Under the pieces are notes generated by a model, which was given only the letters and a program-made list of their open reading frames with translations, was not told where the DNA came from and did not search any database. The translations under genes and the position numbers were made by a program. A DNA stretch of 64,000 nt from Microcoleus sp. GTDB lineage: Bacteria > Cyanobacteriota > Cyanobacteriia > Cyanobacteriales > Microcoleaceae. Position 1 is the first letter of the stretch, and every line of letters begins with the position of its first letter. Where the stretch lies: contig JAYFMW010000030.1 in the NCBI GenBank assembly GCA_042408215.1, forward strand, positions 192,001 to 256,000. Direction: 5' to 3'. Below are positions 21,077 through 31,545 of the stretch, piece after piece.

Positions 21077-22897
21077 ATGTACTTAGTAAATCACCTTCAG
21101 ATAAAAAAAGGACTGACTCCGTGGGTAAGCGGGCTGCTCGCCGCCGGACTGCTCGCCGGAGCAGGCTATATAGCTTATGACCAACTCACGGTCAAATCCA
21201 GCCGCGAAACCAAACGCAAGGAAAAAACCGTTGCTGTACAAAGAGTAAATCTGCCGATCGCCATTTCAGCAAACGGGACAATAGCACCCGAACGGAGCGT
21301 TAACCTCAGCCCCAAAACATCAGGAGTGCTCAAAAGTTTGCTCGTCAAGGAAGGAGACAGCGTTGAACAAGGGCAGATTCTCGCCTACATGGATGACTCC
21401 AACCTCCAAGGACAGTTGACCCAAAATCGCGGACAACTCGCCTCAGCCGAAGCAAACCTGCAAAAATTACTCAACGGTAATCGAGCCCAAGATATTGCAG
21501 CAGCAAAAGCACAAGTCGCCGAACAACAAGCAAATCTGGAAAAATTGCTCAACGGTAATCGCAGCCAGGATATTGCTGTCGCCGCTTCACAACTAGCAGA
21601 ACAACAAGCAAATCTCCAAAAATTGCTCAACGGTAATCGCAGCCAGGATATTGCTGTCGCCGCTTCACAATTAGCAGAACAACAAGCAACTCTGGAAAAA
21701 TTGCTCAACGGTAATCGCCCCGAAGATATCGCCCAAGCTCAAGCTAAACTCAGGGATGCTGAATACGCCAAAAAACAAGCAGAAGAAGACTTTCAGAGAA
21801 ATCAGGAACTCTACACAGCCGGAGCCATTGCTCTCCAAATTGTGAATACTTCTCGCACCGCGCGCGATCGAGCTCAAACTCAAGTTAGGCAAGCTGAACA
21901 AGCTGTAGCTTTGTTACAAGCTGGTTCCCGCCCGGAAGATATCGCGAGCGCCACTTCCGCAGTCGAGCAAAAACAGCAAGCTTTGGCCCTGTTGCGATCG
22001 GGTGCTCGCCCGGAAGACATCGCCCAAGCCCAAGCAGCCGTAGCACAAAAACAGCAAGCTTTGGCTGGAGTGCGATCGGGTGCTCGCCCGGAAGACATCG
22101 CCCAAGCCCAAGCAGCAGTCGAGCAAAAACAGCAAGCTTTGGCGCTAATTCAAGCCGGTGCTCGCCCGGAAGACATCGCGATCGCCCGCGCCCAAGTTCT
22201 CGCAGCCAAAGGGAGCCTCCAAACCGTACAAGCGCTGATTAACGATACGAAGATTCGCGCTCCTTTCAGCGGTATTGTGACTCGGAAATATGCAGATCCG
22301 GGCGCTTTTGTCACTCCCACAACGGCAGGTAGTGCAGTTTCTTCAGCGACTTCTTCTTCGATTTTATCTTTAGCTTCCAAAAATCAGGTTGTGGCTAATG
22401 TCGCAGAAAGCAATATTGCCCAAATCCGGCTAGGCCAAAATGCGTCTATTCAAGCTGATGCTTATACGGGAAAGACTTTTACAGGTAAAGTTAGCCAAAT
22501 TTCGCCTCAGTCGATCGTCCAGCAAAATGTTACCAGTTTCGAGGTAAAAACTTCTATTGTTGATGATGAAAAAAAAATGCTGCGATCGGGAATGAATGTG
22601 AATGTGGAGTTTAAAGCGGGTGAATTGAAAGATGTTTTGGTTGTACCCACTGCGGCAATTGTTCGTCAACAAAAAGAAACGGGGGTGTTTGTGGCGGTTG
22701 GAGAAGATGGGAAGCCTGTGTTTGTGCCCATTAAGACGGGGATGACAGTTGATGATAAGACAGAAGTGCGATCGGGCTTAAAGGGAAATGAAAAAGTTTT
22801 TATTAGTTTACCGCCAGGATTGCGGCAGAAATCTCAAAATCCATCGTCGGGTGGAATTCCGGGTTTGCAACCGGGGGGTGGAAGTCGCTTGCGTTAG
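21077..22897 (+). CDS. Efflux periplasmic adaptor (MacA/HlyD-type membrane fusion protein) with an expanded coiled coil
   Basis: N-terminal TM, LLVKEGDSVEQGQILA and IRAPFSGIV lipoyl half-motifs, 26-aa internal repeats. Confidence 0.9.
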   Translation: MYLVNHLQIKKGLTPWVSGLLAAGLLAGAGYIAYDQLTVKSSRETKRKEKTVAVQRVNLPIAISANGTIAPERSVNLSPKTSGVLKSLLVKEGDSVEQGQILAYMDDSNLQGQLTQNRGQLASAEANLQKLLNGNRAQDIAAAKAQVAEQQANLEKLLNGNRSQDIAVAASQLAEQQANLQKLLNGNRSQDIAVAASQLAEQQATLEKLLNGNRPEDIAQAQAKLRDAEYAKKQAEEDFQRNQELYTAGAIALQIVNTSRTARDRAQTQVRQAEQAVALLQAGSRPEDIASATSAVEQKQQALALLRSGARPEDIAQAQAAVAQKQQALAGVRSGARPEDIAQAQAAVEQKQQALALIQAGARPEDIAIARAQVLAAKGSLQTVQALINDTKIRAPFSGIVTRKYADPGAFVTPTTAGSAVSSATSSSILSLASKNQVVANVAESNIAQIRLGQNASIQADAYTGKTFTGKVSQISPQSIVQQNVTSFEVKTSIVDDEKKMLRSGMNVNVEFKAGELKDVLVVPTAAIVRQQKETGVFVAVGEDGKPVFVPIKTGMTVDDKTEVRSGLKGNEKVFISLPPGLRQKSQNPSSGGIPGLQPGGGSRLR

Positions 22898-23047
22898 TGG
22901 GAAGAATGAAGAAAAGCACCACAGGGATTTCGACATTTGTTTGTATCAGAATTATCGCTCTCTTTCTTCTCTCCCTCTGTGTTCTCTGCGCTCTCTGCGG
23001 TAAAAAAAAAATATTAATACTCGCCAATTAGCCATTACCTTTACCTA

Positions 23048-24313
23048 ATGAAATTAAAGACTCCCCCAGTGATTAATAAAATCTCAAATGTTCAAATTGT
23101 ATTCATGGCGACAGAGGCGCTGTGGAATAACAAATTGCGTACCAGTTTGACGATGCTGGGCGTAATTATTGGCATATCTTCTGTCATTACCATTACTTCG
23201 GTGGGACAGGGGGTACAAAAGTCTACAGAGGAACAGTTGAAGGCTTTGGGTACTGATGTGCTGTTGGTTTTATCTGGTGCTTCGCGATCGGGTGGTGTGA
23301 GTCAGGGTAGTGGTTCTGCTTCTACTGTGACTTGGGATGATGCTAGGGCGATCGGCAAACAAGCACCCGCTGTTAAGGCGATTTCGGCTTATTTGCAGCG
23401 AAGCGTGCAAGTTGTTTATGGCGGACAAAATTCATTTACTGCTATTTTGGGAACGGATTTAAATTATCCCGATGTGAAGAAAATTCAACCTCAAGAAGGA
23501 CGGTTTTTTAATGAGGATGAATTGAATGCTGCTGAGCCAGTGGTTGTCCTTGGTTCTAAGGTGCGAGACGACCTTTTTGGAGTCGGCGCTAATGCCCTAT
23601 CGGCTGATGTTCGTATTCAGGGAGGGCGCTACAAGGTCATTGGAGTGATGGAACCCAAGGGGTCTGTAGGGGGTACCGATCAGGACGATCGAGTGTATAT
23701 TCCCCTCAAAAATATGTCGGCTCGGATTGTGGGTAGAAATTCTTTGGCTGGAATTGCAATCTCTGGTTTTTGGTTGCAAACTAGCGGCGAATCGGATTTG
23801 GCCGATGCTCAATTTCAAGTAGAAAATATCCTGCGTTTGCGCCACAATATTTATCCGCCGCAACCGGATGATTTTCGAGTGATTAATCAAGTTGATATTG
23901 TTAATACTTTTAGCAATGTGGTAGGTTTGTTTACAGTTATGGTGGGAGCGATCGCCGGAATTTCTCTGGTAGTTGGCGGCATTGGTATTGCTAATATTAT
24001 GTTGGTGTCTGTTGTGGAGCGCACTAAGGAAATTGGGATTCGGAAAGCGGTAGGTGCTACTAATGCAGCTATTCTGATTCAATTTATGGCTGAATCGGTT
24101 TTGGTTTCGACGGTGGGGGGTACGGCGGGTATTGGTTTGGGAATTGCGATCGCCTTTGGAGCCTCGACAGCGTTCAAATTTCCGTTTGTGGTTTCTGTAT
24201 GGTCTATCGCTGCGGGTTTTGGGCTATCCTTTACTGTAGGGTTATTGGCTGGGGTGCTTCCGGCGAGGAATGCGGCTCGCTTAGATCCGATCGCAGCTTT
24301 GCGAAATGATTGA
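23048..24313 (+). CDS. MacB-like ABC transporter permease (no fused ATPase)
   Basis: NKLRTSLTMLGVIIG, GGIGIANIMLVSVVERTKEIGIRKAVGA, PARNAARLDPIAALR. Confidence 0.92.
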   Translation: MKLKTPPVINKISNVQIVFMATEALWNNKLRTSLTMLGVIIGISSVITITSVGQGVQKSTEEQLKALGTDVLLVLSGASRSGGVSQGSGSASTVTWDDARAIGKQAPAVKAISAYLQRSVQVVYGGQNSFTAILGTDLNYPDVKKIQPQEGRFFNEDELNAAEPVVVLGSKVRDDLFGVGANALSADVRIQGGRYKVIGVMEPKGSVGGTDQDDRVYIPLKNMSARIVGRNSLAGIAISGFWLQTSGESDLADAQFQVENILRLRHNIYPPQPDDFRVINQVDIVNTFSNVVGLFTVMVGAIAGISLVVGGIGIANIMLVSVVERTKEIGIRKAVGATNAAILIQFMAESVLVSTVGGTAGIGLGIAIAFGASTAFKFPFVVSVWSIAAGFGLSFTVGLLAGVLPARNAARLDPIAALRND

Positions 24314-24500
24314 AGTTATTGAATTTGGACCCGCTTAACCCCTCTTTCCCGCGCGATCGCGTCCTCCGCAGACTCGAACTGAGAAAATCTCTTGCTTTGG
24401 GTACCTGATACCAATTATGATAAATCCTGGACGCAATTAGAAATAATCTACTTTAGTTCCAATATAACCCGAAAAACTCTTTATCCAACAGGCAATTTCC

Positions 24501-24836
24501 ATGTTAGAAGCATTGGTATTGGCAACAGTATTTTGCGGATTTTTTGGTATCATCTTGAAAAAAAACCTGATCATGAAAATCGTCTGCATGGATGTCATGA
24601 GTACAGGAGTAATCGCCTATTACGTGGTGGTAGCAGCGCGAGATGGCTGGCTGACACCAATTATTGCAAAAGGCAAAATTGTCCCCTACGCCGATCCGGT
24701 TCCCCAGGCGGTAATCTTAACGGCGATCGTGATCGGCTTTTCAATTCAAGCCTTAATGCTGGTAGGTGTGATGAAGCTGGCACGGGATAATCCGACATTG
24801 GAATGTAACGAAATCGAGATGAATAACACGCCTTAA
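24501..24836 (+). CDS. mrpC: Mrp Na+/H+ antiporter subunit C
   Basis: DPVPQAVILTAIVIGF motif. Confidence 0.9.
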   Translation: MLEALVLATVFCGFFGIILKKNLIMKIVCMDVMSTGVIAYYVVVAARDGWLTPIIAKGKIVPYADPVPQAVILTAIVIGFSIQALMLVGVMKLARDNPTLECNEIEMNNTP

Positions 24837-25002
24837 TACCAATTTTTTATGAGGTTGCATAGAATCCGATCCCCCATAAAGAGGGCGGGCACGGGGGCAC
24901 CGCCCCTACAAGGGGGGGACAAGATTCTTCTCAAAGTCCCCCTACAACCAGGGGGATTTAGGGGGATCGAGATATGTGCAACGACCCATTAAATTGGTAT
25001 TA
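24834..25002. mobile_element. MITE (ATACCAAT TIR family) inside the mrp operon
   Basis: TAATACCAAT...ATTGGTATTA; reverse complement relative of 5151-5319; abuts the mrpC stop. Confidence 0.7.
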
Positions 25003-25055
25003 ATACTCCCCGCTCTTCCAGAGATGGGGTTTCCCAAACTACCGAAACTTATCTG

Positions 25056-26486
25056 ATGAATATCCTGACGATCGCCTGGATTACATTTCCGTTTTTTATC
25101 GGGTTTATCATTTATTTGGTTCCCAAGCTTGACAAGTATCTCGCAATATTAGGAGCGTTCGTATCTGCTACTTTTGCAGCCGAGCTTTTTGTGATACCAT
25201 CAGCGGTGACGCTGGAGTTACTAAATAATTTCAGTGTTACTTTGCTAGTCGATAGCTTGAGCGGCTATTTTATCTTAACCAATGCCCTAGTCACGGCAGC
25301 AGTTGTTATCTACTGTTGGCCCACAGATAAGAAGGCATTTTTTTACGCACAGATTCTGATGGTGCATGGCAGTCTGAATGCAGCTTTTGCTTCTACGGAT
25401 TTTATCAGTTTATATGTCGGTTTAGAGGTGAGCGGCATTGCGGCGTTTCTGTTGATTGCCTATCCTCGCAGCGATCGATCGATTTGGGTAGCTTTACGCT
25501 ATCTATTTATTAGCAACACGGCAATGTTGTTTTATCTAATCGGTGCCGTGCTGGTTTATAAGGCAAGTTATTCCTTTAGTTTTGCCGGATTGGCTAAAGC
25601 ACCCCCAGAGGCGATCGCTCTGATTTTTATGGGACTTTTGGTGAAAGGAGGTGTGTTTGTATCGGGGTTGTGGCTGCCGCTAACTCACTCGGAATCAGAA
25701 ACTCCGGTGTCGGCTTTGCTGTCGGGGATTGTCGTCAAAGCGGGCGTATATCCCCTTGTGCGCTGTGCCTTGATGGTGGACGAGGTGGCTCCTATCGTCC
25801 AGATTTTCGGAGTCGGGGCGGCGTTTATGGGCGTGTTCTATGCCATCTTTGAAAAGGATACTAAACGGATGCTGGCGTTTAGTACAATTTCGCAACTAGG
25901 CTGGATGCTTGCTGTACCCCAAGTGGCAGGGCTTTATGCTTTAGCGCACGGTTTGGTGAAATCGGCGCTGTTTCTAATTGCCGGTGCTTTACCGAGTCGC
26001 AATTTTCAGGATCTCAAACAAAAGCCGATCGATACCAAAATCTGGATAGCCTTAGTTATCGCTAGTTTATCAATCTCTGGATTTCCGTTTTTGGTTGGCT
26101 TTGGCGCGAAGATGTTGACGCTGAAAAATTTGCTACCTTGGCAAACGATCGCCATGAATGTGGCAGCAGTAGGAACTGCTATCCTATTTGCTAAATTCAT
26201 CTTTCTACCTCGTGGCGGACAAACAGCAGCCAAACCCGGTTTTTGGCCTGCGGTGTTGCTGTTACTAGGTGGGCTGATTGCAGCGAATGCCTTTTATGTT
26301 GAGGCTTATACGCTGGAAAATATGCTAAAGGCGATCGGCACCATCGGTGTTGGTTGGTTAGCCTATTTCTTGATTTTTCAACGCACGGCAATCAAACTGC
26401 CGCGTATGCTTGAACAATTCGATCATTTGGTCGGTTTTATGAGCTTGATTTCGCTTCTACTATTCTGGATGGCTTTACCCAAATGA
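25056..26486 (+). CDS. mrpD: Mrp antiporter subunit D-like proton-translocating membrane protein
   Basis: Polytopic; LYVGLEV, KGG..LWLP.TH, KRMLAFSTISQLG, HGLVKSALFL. Confidence 0.85.
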   Translation: MNILTIAWITFPFFIGFIIYLVPKLDKYLAILGAFVSATFAAELFVIPSAVTLELLNNFSVTLLVDSLSGYFILTNALVTAAVVIYCWPTDKKAFFYAQILMVHGSLNAAFASTDFISLYVGLEVSGIAAFLLIAYPRSDRSIWVALRYLFISNTAMLFYLIGAVLVYKASYSFSFAGLAKAPPEAIALIFMGLLVKGGVFVSGLWLPLTHSESETPVSALLSGIVVKAGVYPLVRCALMVDEVAPIVQIFGVGAAFMGVFYAIFEKDTKRMLAFSTISQLGWMLAVPQVAGLYALAHGLVKSALFLIAGALPSRNFQDLKQKPIDTKIWIALVIASLSISGFPFLVGFGAKMLTLKNLLPWQTIAMNVAAVGTAILFAKFIFLPRGGQTAAKPGFWPAVLLLLGGLIAANAFYVEAYTLENMLKAIGTIGVGWLAYFLIFQRTAIKLPRMLEQFDHLVGFMSLISLLLFWMALPK

Positions 26487-26866
26487 TTGGACATCTGATA
26501 TTAAGACTTACCATCTGGTTTCTACTGACTGCTGATTTTAGTTTGGCAAATATTGCGATCGGCATTGTCATCGCTTTGGTATTACCGCGCAGCTACTCAC
26601 CCCCGGAACCCTTAAAGGAGTGGTTCGATGTCTTTCGTAAAATCTTGATGGCGATTCCGATCGCTTATATAGAAGCATTTGAACTGATCTTCCGTCCCCA
26701 CAGACACGAAGATATAGTTATGGAAAAAGTGCCAAATCACCGATCGCCATTGTTGATATTCCTAGATGTGTTCTTGATTACTTTTACACCGAAAACAATT
26801 GTTGTGAAGTACCACGATGAGGGTTTTTACGAAGTACATCTGGTGCGTCGGACTTCCAGTAATTAG
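26483..26866 (+). CDS. mrpE: Mrp antiporter subunit E
   Basis: ITFTPKTIV motif; ATGA overlap with the upstream gene. Confidence 0.82.
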   Translation: MIGHLILRLTIWFLLTADFSLANIAIGIVIALVLPRSYSPPEPLKEWFDVFRKILMAIPIAYIEAFELIFRPHRHEDIVMEKVPNHRSPLLIFLDVFLITFTPKTIVVKYHDEGFYEVHLVRRTSSN

Positions 26867-26973
26867 CTGATGTTTTTTGAGGATTTTTTTTACCGCAGAG
26901 GGCGCAGAGGGCGCAGAGGAAGAGAAGAGGGAAATTTCTAGTTTTTATGGGGCTAAGTTAGGAGGGTAGATAA

Positions 26974-27237
26974 TTGCAGAACTTGAACAACTTGATTTTG
27001 ATTTTGATGATTTTGGCTCTGCTCATACCGATGTATGAGGTATGGAAAGATGATGATATCTGGCAGACAATGTTGGCTTTTGCTAGTATTTCAACTAAGG
27101 CGGCAATCATTGCTCTGGTTATATCTGTCTGGCGCGATGATTGGATGATCGGTGTGGTAGCGGCGATTATCCTGAGTGTGGGTAATGCTGGATTGATGTT
27201 GTTGGCACAAATAATTAAACGTATTAGTGACGCATGA
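26974..27237 (+). CDS. mrpF: Mrp antiporter subunit F-like
   Basis: Small three-TM protein between mrpE and mrpG. Confidence 0.65.
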   Translation: MQNLNNLILILMILALLIPMYEVWKDDDIWQTMLAFASISTKAAIIALVISVWRDDWMIGVVAAIILSVGNAGLMLLAQIIKRISDA

Positions 27238-27521
27238 TTGTAATAGATGTTTTGAGTTATACCTGCATTGGTATAGGAATTTTCTTCTGGTTTTGGGGTA
27301 CTTCTTATCTCCTGGGGAAGCGATCGGTTTTATATAAACTGCACAGTCTTTCGGTAGCAGATACGCTGGGTTCGATGTTGATTGTTGTTGGATTGTTACT
27401 GAAAATACCCAGTAAATGGCCTCTGTTAATTCTTGCCCTCATTTGCTTAGCAATATGGAATACAATGCTGGGATATGTATTAGCCTATTGTTCCAATGCA
27501 GGGAGTAACTATGAACGATAA
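27234..27521 (+). CDS. mrpG: Mrp antiporter subunit G
   Basis: KLHSLSVADTLG motif. Confidence 0.85.
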   Translation: MIVIDVLSYTCIGIGIFFWFWGTSYLLGKRSVLYKLHSLSVADTLGSMLIVVGLLLKIPSKWPLLILALICLAIWNTMLGYVLAYCSNAGSNYER

Positions 27522-28098
27522 CAGCTATATTTATGTCCTCGTTGCTCTGCTCCCGTTAGCTGCTGGTATGCTGGTGTTTCAGGTCAATCCATACCACGCA
27601 TTGCTGCTGCGAGGTGTATTGGGGGCGATCGCCGCCTTGGTGTATACAATATTAGGCGCGGGGGATGTGGGCTTAACCGAAGCGTTGATGGGTACCCTAC
27701 TGGCGATTACACTTTATGCAGTGACGGTGCGTTCATCCCTGGTGCTGCGTCTGGGTGTCATCGAAAACGCGATCGGAGATGATGCTGTCTCAGACGAGAA
27801 AAGTGCAGGTCATTTTAAGCAAGTAATAGATGACATTCGTGCAGTTTTTAAGAAACGCCATATGCGTCTGGAAGTGGTTCCCTATGCGACTGCACAAGCA
27901 TTAGAGCGGGCGCTGATGGAAAAAGAAGTTCATGCTGTTTGTTCCCCACAAAACCAACAGGAATACAGCGGCGAAGTGCCACCTTATCACACTGCAATTA
28001 GAGTTCGGCGCGTCTATGATATCATGCAAACCGAACTTGCATCACCGGGGACAACCCTAACCTATGTGAATACACCAGACCTAGAGGAGAAGCATTGA
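27511..28098 (+). CDS. DUF4040 / MrpA C-terminal-like membrane subunit
   Basis: GAGDVGLTEALMG motif; within the mrp operon. Confidence 0.75.
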   Translation: MNDNSYIYVLVALLPLAAGMLVFQVNPYHALLLRGVLGAIAALVYTILGAGDVGLTEALMGTLLAITLYAVTVRSSLVLRLGVIENAIGDDAVSDEKSAGHFKQVIDDIRAVFKKRHMRLEVVPYATAQALERALMEKEVHAVCSPQNQQEYSGEVPPYHTAIRVRRVYDIMQTELASPGTTLTYVNTPDLEEKH

Positions 28099-28763
28099 TG
28101 AAATGGGTTTACATTGTAGCTGGAATAGCGCTGTTTGTGAAAATGCTGCTTGTCGCTAATCCAACAGCAGACTTATCGCAGCCAAGTTCCATCGTCGAAT
28201 TGGTTGTCCAAGATAGTGGAGTATCCAATGCGGTTTCCGGTATCATTTTGCGGAACCGGCTGTACGATACCATTTTTGAAGTTGTGGTATTTACGATCGC
28301 CATTTTGGGCGCAAGTTATCTACTGGCCAATGAAAAGCCGTCCTGCGCGATTTATCAATTTACCGATCGACCATCGATTATTTTGGCGCGATTGGGAGCG
28401 ACGATTGCCGCGTTGGTGGGTGTAGAATTAGCAATTCGCGGGCATTTAAGTCCCGGCGGTGGTTTTGCAGCCGGTGTAGCGGGCGGAACCGCGATCGGAC
28501 TCATCGCCATTACCTCATCACCCCAAGCGATGCAAGACATATACAAAAAGTGGCACGCGGCGACTTGGGAGAAGGTTTCCGTACTGGTTTTTATTGTACT
28601 CTCAGTAATCACTCTTTCTGGATATGAGTTGCCCCACGGAGAGTTAGGCACACTTTTAAGCGGCGGAATTCTCCCCTTACTCAATATCCTGGTTGCAGTC
28701 AAAGTCACCTTGGGTTCCTGGGCAGTAATGTTAGTATTTATCCGTTATCGCGGATTGTTGTGA
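28098..28763 (+). CDS. mrpB: Mrp antiporter subunit B
   Basis: NAVSGIILRNRLYDTIFE and GHLSPGGGFAAG motifs. Confidence 0.88.
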   Translation: MKWVYIVAGIALFVKMLLVANPTADLSQPSSIVELVVQDSGVSNAVSGIILRNRLYDTIFEVVVFTIAILGASYLLANEKPSCAIYQFTDRPSIILARLGATIAALVGVELAIRGHLSPGGGFAAGVAGGTAIGLIAITSSPQAMQDIYKKWHAATWEKVSVLVFIVLSVITLSGYELPHGELGTLLSGGILPLLNILVAVKVTLGSWAVMLVFIRYRGLL

Positions 28764-28871
28764 TCCATATATCAATATTCCGATCTCAAATTGACAGAGA
28801 TCGGATTGAGTCATCCCTCTCTTATCTTACTCTGCGCCCTCTGCGCCCTCTGCGGTAAAAAAAATCCCAAT

Positions 28872-29492
28872 TTACACTAAACAAGCTCCAAAAATCTGAT
28901 TTGCAGTCAAGTTCAAATCGGGAAAAGTTTGCGATAAAATTCTGTCATTATCTCTAAACTTGAGAACTTGATATTCACCATCAACCAAATTACACACAGA
29001 AATTGTCGGTTGTTTAGGATTGCCAATAAAACTACGTCCGCCCAACGCAGCATAATCCACAATCCAATATTCAGCGATACCCATCTCCTCATAATCAGCA
29101 TATTTCAAATAGTAATCATCGCGCCAATTGGTTGACACAACCTCGATCGCCAAAGGTATCGATGCACCCAAACTGAGGATAGACTGTTTTTTCCACAATG
29201 TTTCGTTTACCAGATTTGCACGATTCAGCACCAGCACATCAGGGAAATAACCAGAATCTTTTTCAGGAGGTCTAACTATCACTTGGCGGGGGATACCGTA
29301 GGGAAATCCCAGACGTTTAATCTCAAAAGGAATTTCGATGCCAAGAAAGCTGATAACTTCCTCGTGTTCGCCTACTGGTTGTGCCATCTCAACAATATTT
29401 CCATTATGCAATTCGTAGCGTACCGCCGAATTTTCAGGTAGCCACTCCACAAATTCCTCGAAGTTTACGAGTTTGGGTAAAGCTAGAGTCAT
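28872..29492 (-). CDS. Uma2 (DUF820) family PD-(D/E)xK-like protein
   Basis: RYELHNG, PDVLV, LAIEVVSTN, K...Y...GIAEYWIVD. Confidence 0.9.
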   Translation of the reverse strand: MTLALPKLVNFEEFVEWLPENSAVRYELHNGNIVEMAQPVGEHEEVISFLGIEIPFEIKRLGFPYGIPRQVIVRPPEKDSGYFPDVLVLNRANLVNETLWKKQSILSLGASIPLAIEVVSTNWRDDYYLKYADYEEMGIAEYWIVDYAALGGRSFIGNPKQPTISVCNLVDGEYQVLKFRDNDRILSQTFPDLNLTANQIFGACLV

Positions 29493-29528
29493 AGGTTTTA
29501 AGAATTACCGATAATATAAATTATAACT

Positions 29529-30989
29529 CTATCCCTCTGCGGTTACAAATTCCCAATCTGCTAGCAGTGCTAGATTCAAACAATTTAAGACACTGGATTT
29601 GATTGGACGTTTTTCATCCCAAAATACGATCGCCGAATAAAACTTAATTGCAGCCGGTGAATTCAAAAGCTCAAAAGTTTGACGTGCAACTCCCTCGTCG
29701 TCAAAGCCGAGAAAGTAAACAGTATCATCGAAAATCACAGGTTTATCAGCTATTTCACCGATTAACCTAAACTCCAATTTTTTATAAAGCCCGCCGATCG
29801 CAATTTTCCAAGGTTTGAAGGTATAATCCCCAACTCCGAAAATAGCAAATCGAGGACTATTTTGATAAATTTTGCTTTTTCTATTATCTAGATATTGCCC
29901 ACTTTTCTCCAGATATTTCCAGGTTTTGGGAGCTATATTTTTGATATTTTCGGTTGATTCCCCGATGAATTTTTGAGTAATTAGCATATAGCTATCGGTA
30001 GCATTAATTCGATTTTGAGCAACACCAGATCCTTTGAGCAGCGGAAACAGATAAGTTTCCTCAATATCAGCAACTTCTCCCAATTTATTTACAAAATCAT
30101 TGTCAATTTTCCGAAACTCCATCACATTCGCACAGTCATGTTTTACACCCGATCGCCATTTTGTCCCTGAATCCACCGCATATAGATCGCTCACTTGACT
30201 AAAAGCATCTATATCCTTAACCAGCAGATTGTTGTGATATCCAATTCTGTGACAGTCTGAACTTTCTAAACTGCTAAATACATCACAGAAGTAGTTTTGC
30301 GAATCAGCATCAAATTTGCAGAATAACAGACAAGCATCAACATTTGCATCAAAATACTTTTTAGCATCTATTGTGTAAGTCGCACAGTCAGCAATATTGA
30401 GTTTTTGAGAGTGAAGGTAATTCAATAACTTTCTAGCAGTGGAATTCTTGCAAAGCATCGCCAGATCAGCATCGCGCTTTTGTAGCCATTGCACTACCTG
30501 AATCAGCATCCATTCTGAGATATCAAAATTACTCTTACCTGTGAGAGCATCTAAGCCGATGTGATTTTGAAAGTTGTTTTTTTTAGGTAAATTTTCGCTG
30601 CGAATAGTTCCTTGTTGTGAGTTTGTCACCCAAGGAAAATTGCCTAGTACAAGCAGTCTATCTGTGTATTGATTAACTAACGATTCCCAATCAAATTGAA
30701 AGAAATCTCCCTGGAAAATATCGCATCTCTCATCCTGAAATAATTGCTTATTTAGTCTGATTTCTGTTAAGTAATTTTGATTTATTTCAACCCCGATAAT
30801 CTTGGCTGCGGATGGAAAAGAATGTGCAGCAGCTTGAATAAAATTACCGACACCGCACGTTGGCTCAATTATGGTGCCAGGATTGACATTAAGTTCTACT
30901 AATTTGCGGCACACCATCTCGGCTAATGCCGGCGGTGTCTGAAAATCGCCGTATTCTAGTTTTGTTTTGCGATCGTGGGAACTCATCAA
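29529..30989 (-). CDS. Orphan SAM-dependent DNA amino-methyltransferase-like protein
   Basis: GDFQTP, IEPTCGVGNF (motif I), GVEIN, and LGNFPW at the NPPY/W motif IV position; no adjacent restriction nuclease recognised. Confidence 0.75.
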   Translation of the reverse strand: MMSSHDRKTKLEYGDFQTPPALAEMVCRKLVELNVNPGTIIEPTCGVGNFIQAAAHSFPSAAKIIGVEINQNYLTEIRLNKQLFQDERCDIFQGDFFQFDWESLVNQYTDRLLVLGNFPWVTNSQQGTIRSENLPKKNNFQNHIGLDALTGKSNFDISEWMLIQVVQWLQKRDADLAMLCKNSTARKLLNYLHSQKLNIADCATYTIDAKKYFDANVDACLLFCKFDADSQNYFCDVFSSLESSDCHRIGYHNNLLVKDIDAFSQVSDLYAVDSGTKWRSGVKHDCANVMEFRKIDNDFVNKLGEVADIEETYLFPLLKGSGVAQNRINATDSYMLITQKFIGESTENIKNIAPKTWKYLEKSGQYLDNRKSKIYQNSPRFAIFGVGDYTFKPWKIAIGGLYKKLEFRLIGEIADKPVIFDDTVYFLGFDDEGVARQTFELLNSPAAIKFYSAIVFWDEKRPIKSSVLNCLNLALLADWEFVTAEG

Positions 30990-31020
30990 GTTTGCATATA
31001 ACTTTATTACTCCACCAGAT

Positions 31021-31545
31021 TTACCCCTGCAAATTCACCTGCTCAACCACATCCAAAGGTAGTTCTAGCACCTCTGCAATTTGTTCATCGCTCAATCCAA
31101 ACTGCCGTAATTTACCAACAGCTTCAATCCTAGCTTTATTCTTAACGCGCTGAAAGTCAGAAGTTTGATGCTGACTTTCGTTTTGGGTAGAAATGGGTTG
31201 ATCTGAACTAACGTTTATGCAGCCAATTATATTACTATTAATACTTCTAATACTTTTACTTCTATCGCCAAAAGAAATAGTCAGATTACCTTGACGTTCT
31301 AGGACTGATTTAAGATTTTTTTTATCCACTGGTTCATCAAACACATCAGATAACATTTGCAAAAGCTCATAACCGACATCCTTAGCGTGACCCGCTGAAC
31401 AACCGCAATTTTCTGCAATATCAGGATACTTTTGGCGCTTCAACGTTCCCTCGATAATTTCGCGCTGCAAGTCATTGAGATGTTGGCCTGTCTTGGCGTA
31501 GACAACTTTGTCCACAAATTGCAATACCTCGTGAACTTGCATCAT
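31021..31545 (-). CDS. Small HTH protein (vWA-MoxR-associated N-terminal HTH-like) with a C-terminal GLSxEQIA..L.L HTH tail
   Basis: HLNDLQREII.G......Y..IAE......GHAKDVG.EL...LS.......V.KKN. Confidence 0.65.
   Translation of the reverse strand: MMQVHEVLQFVDKVVYAKTGQHLNDLQREIIEGTLKRQKYPDIAENCGCSAGHAKDVGYELLQMLSDVFDEPVDKKNLKSVLERQGNLTISFGDRSKSIRSINSNIIGCINVSSDQPISTQNESQHQTSDFQRVKNKARIEAVGKLRQFGLSDEQIAEVLELPLDVVEQVNLQG

Noticed and set aside
24501..28763. mrp operon without a full-length mrpA as a novelty
   Set aside because: Split, mrpA-less arrangements of this kind are already known in cyanobacteria.
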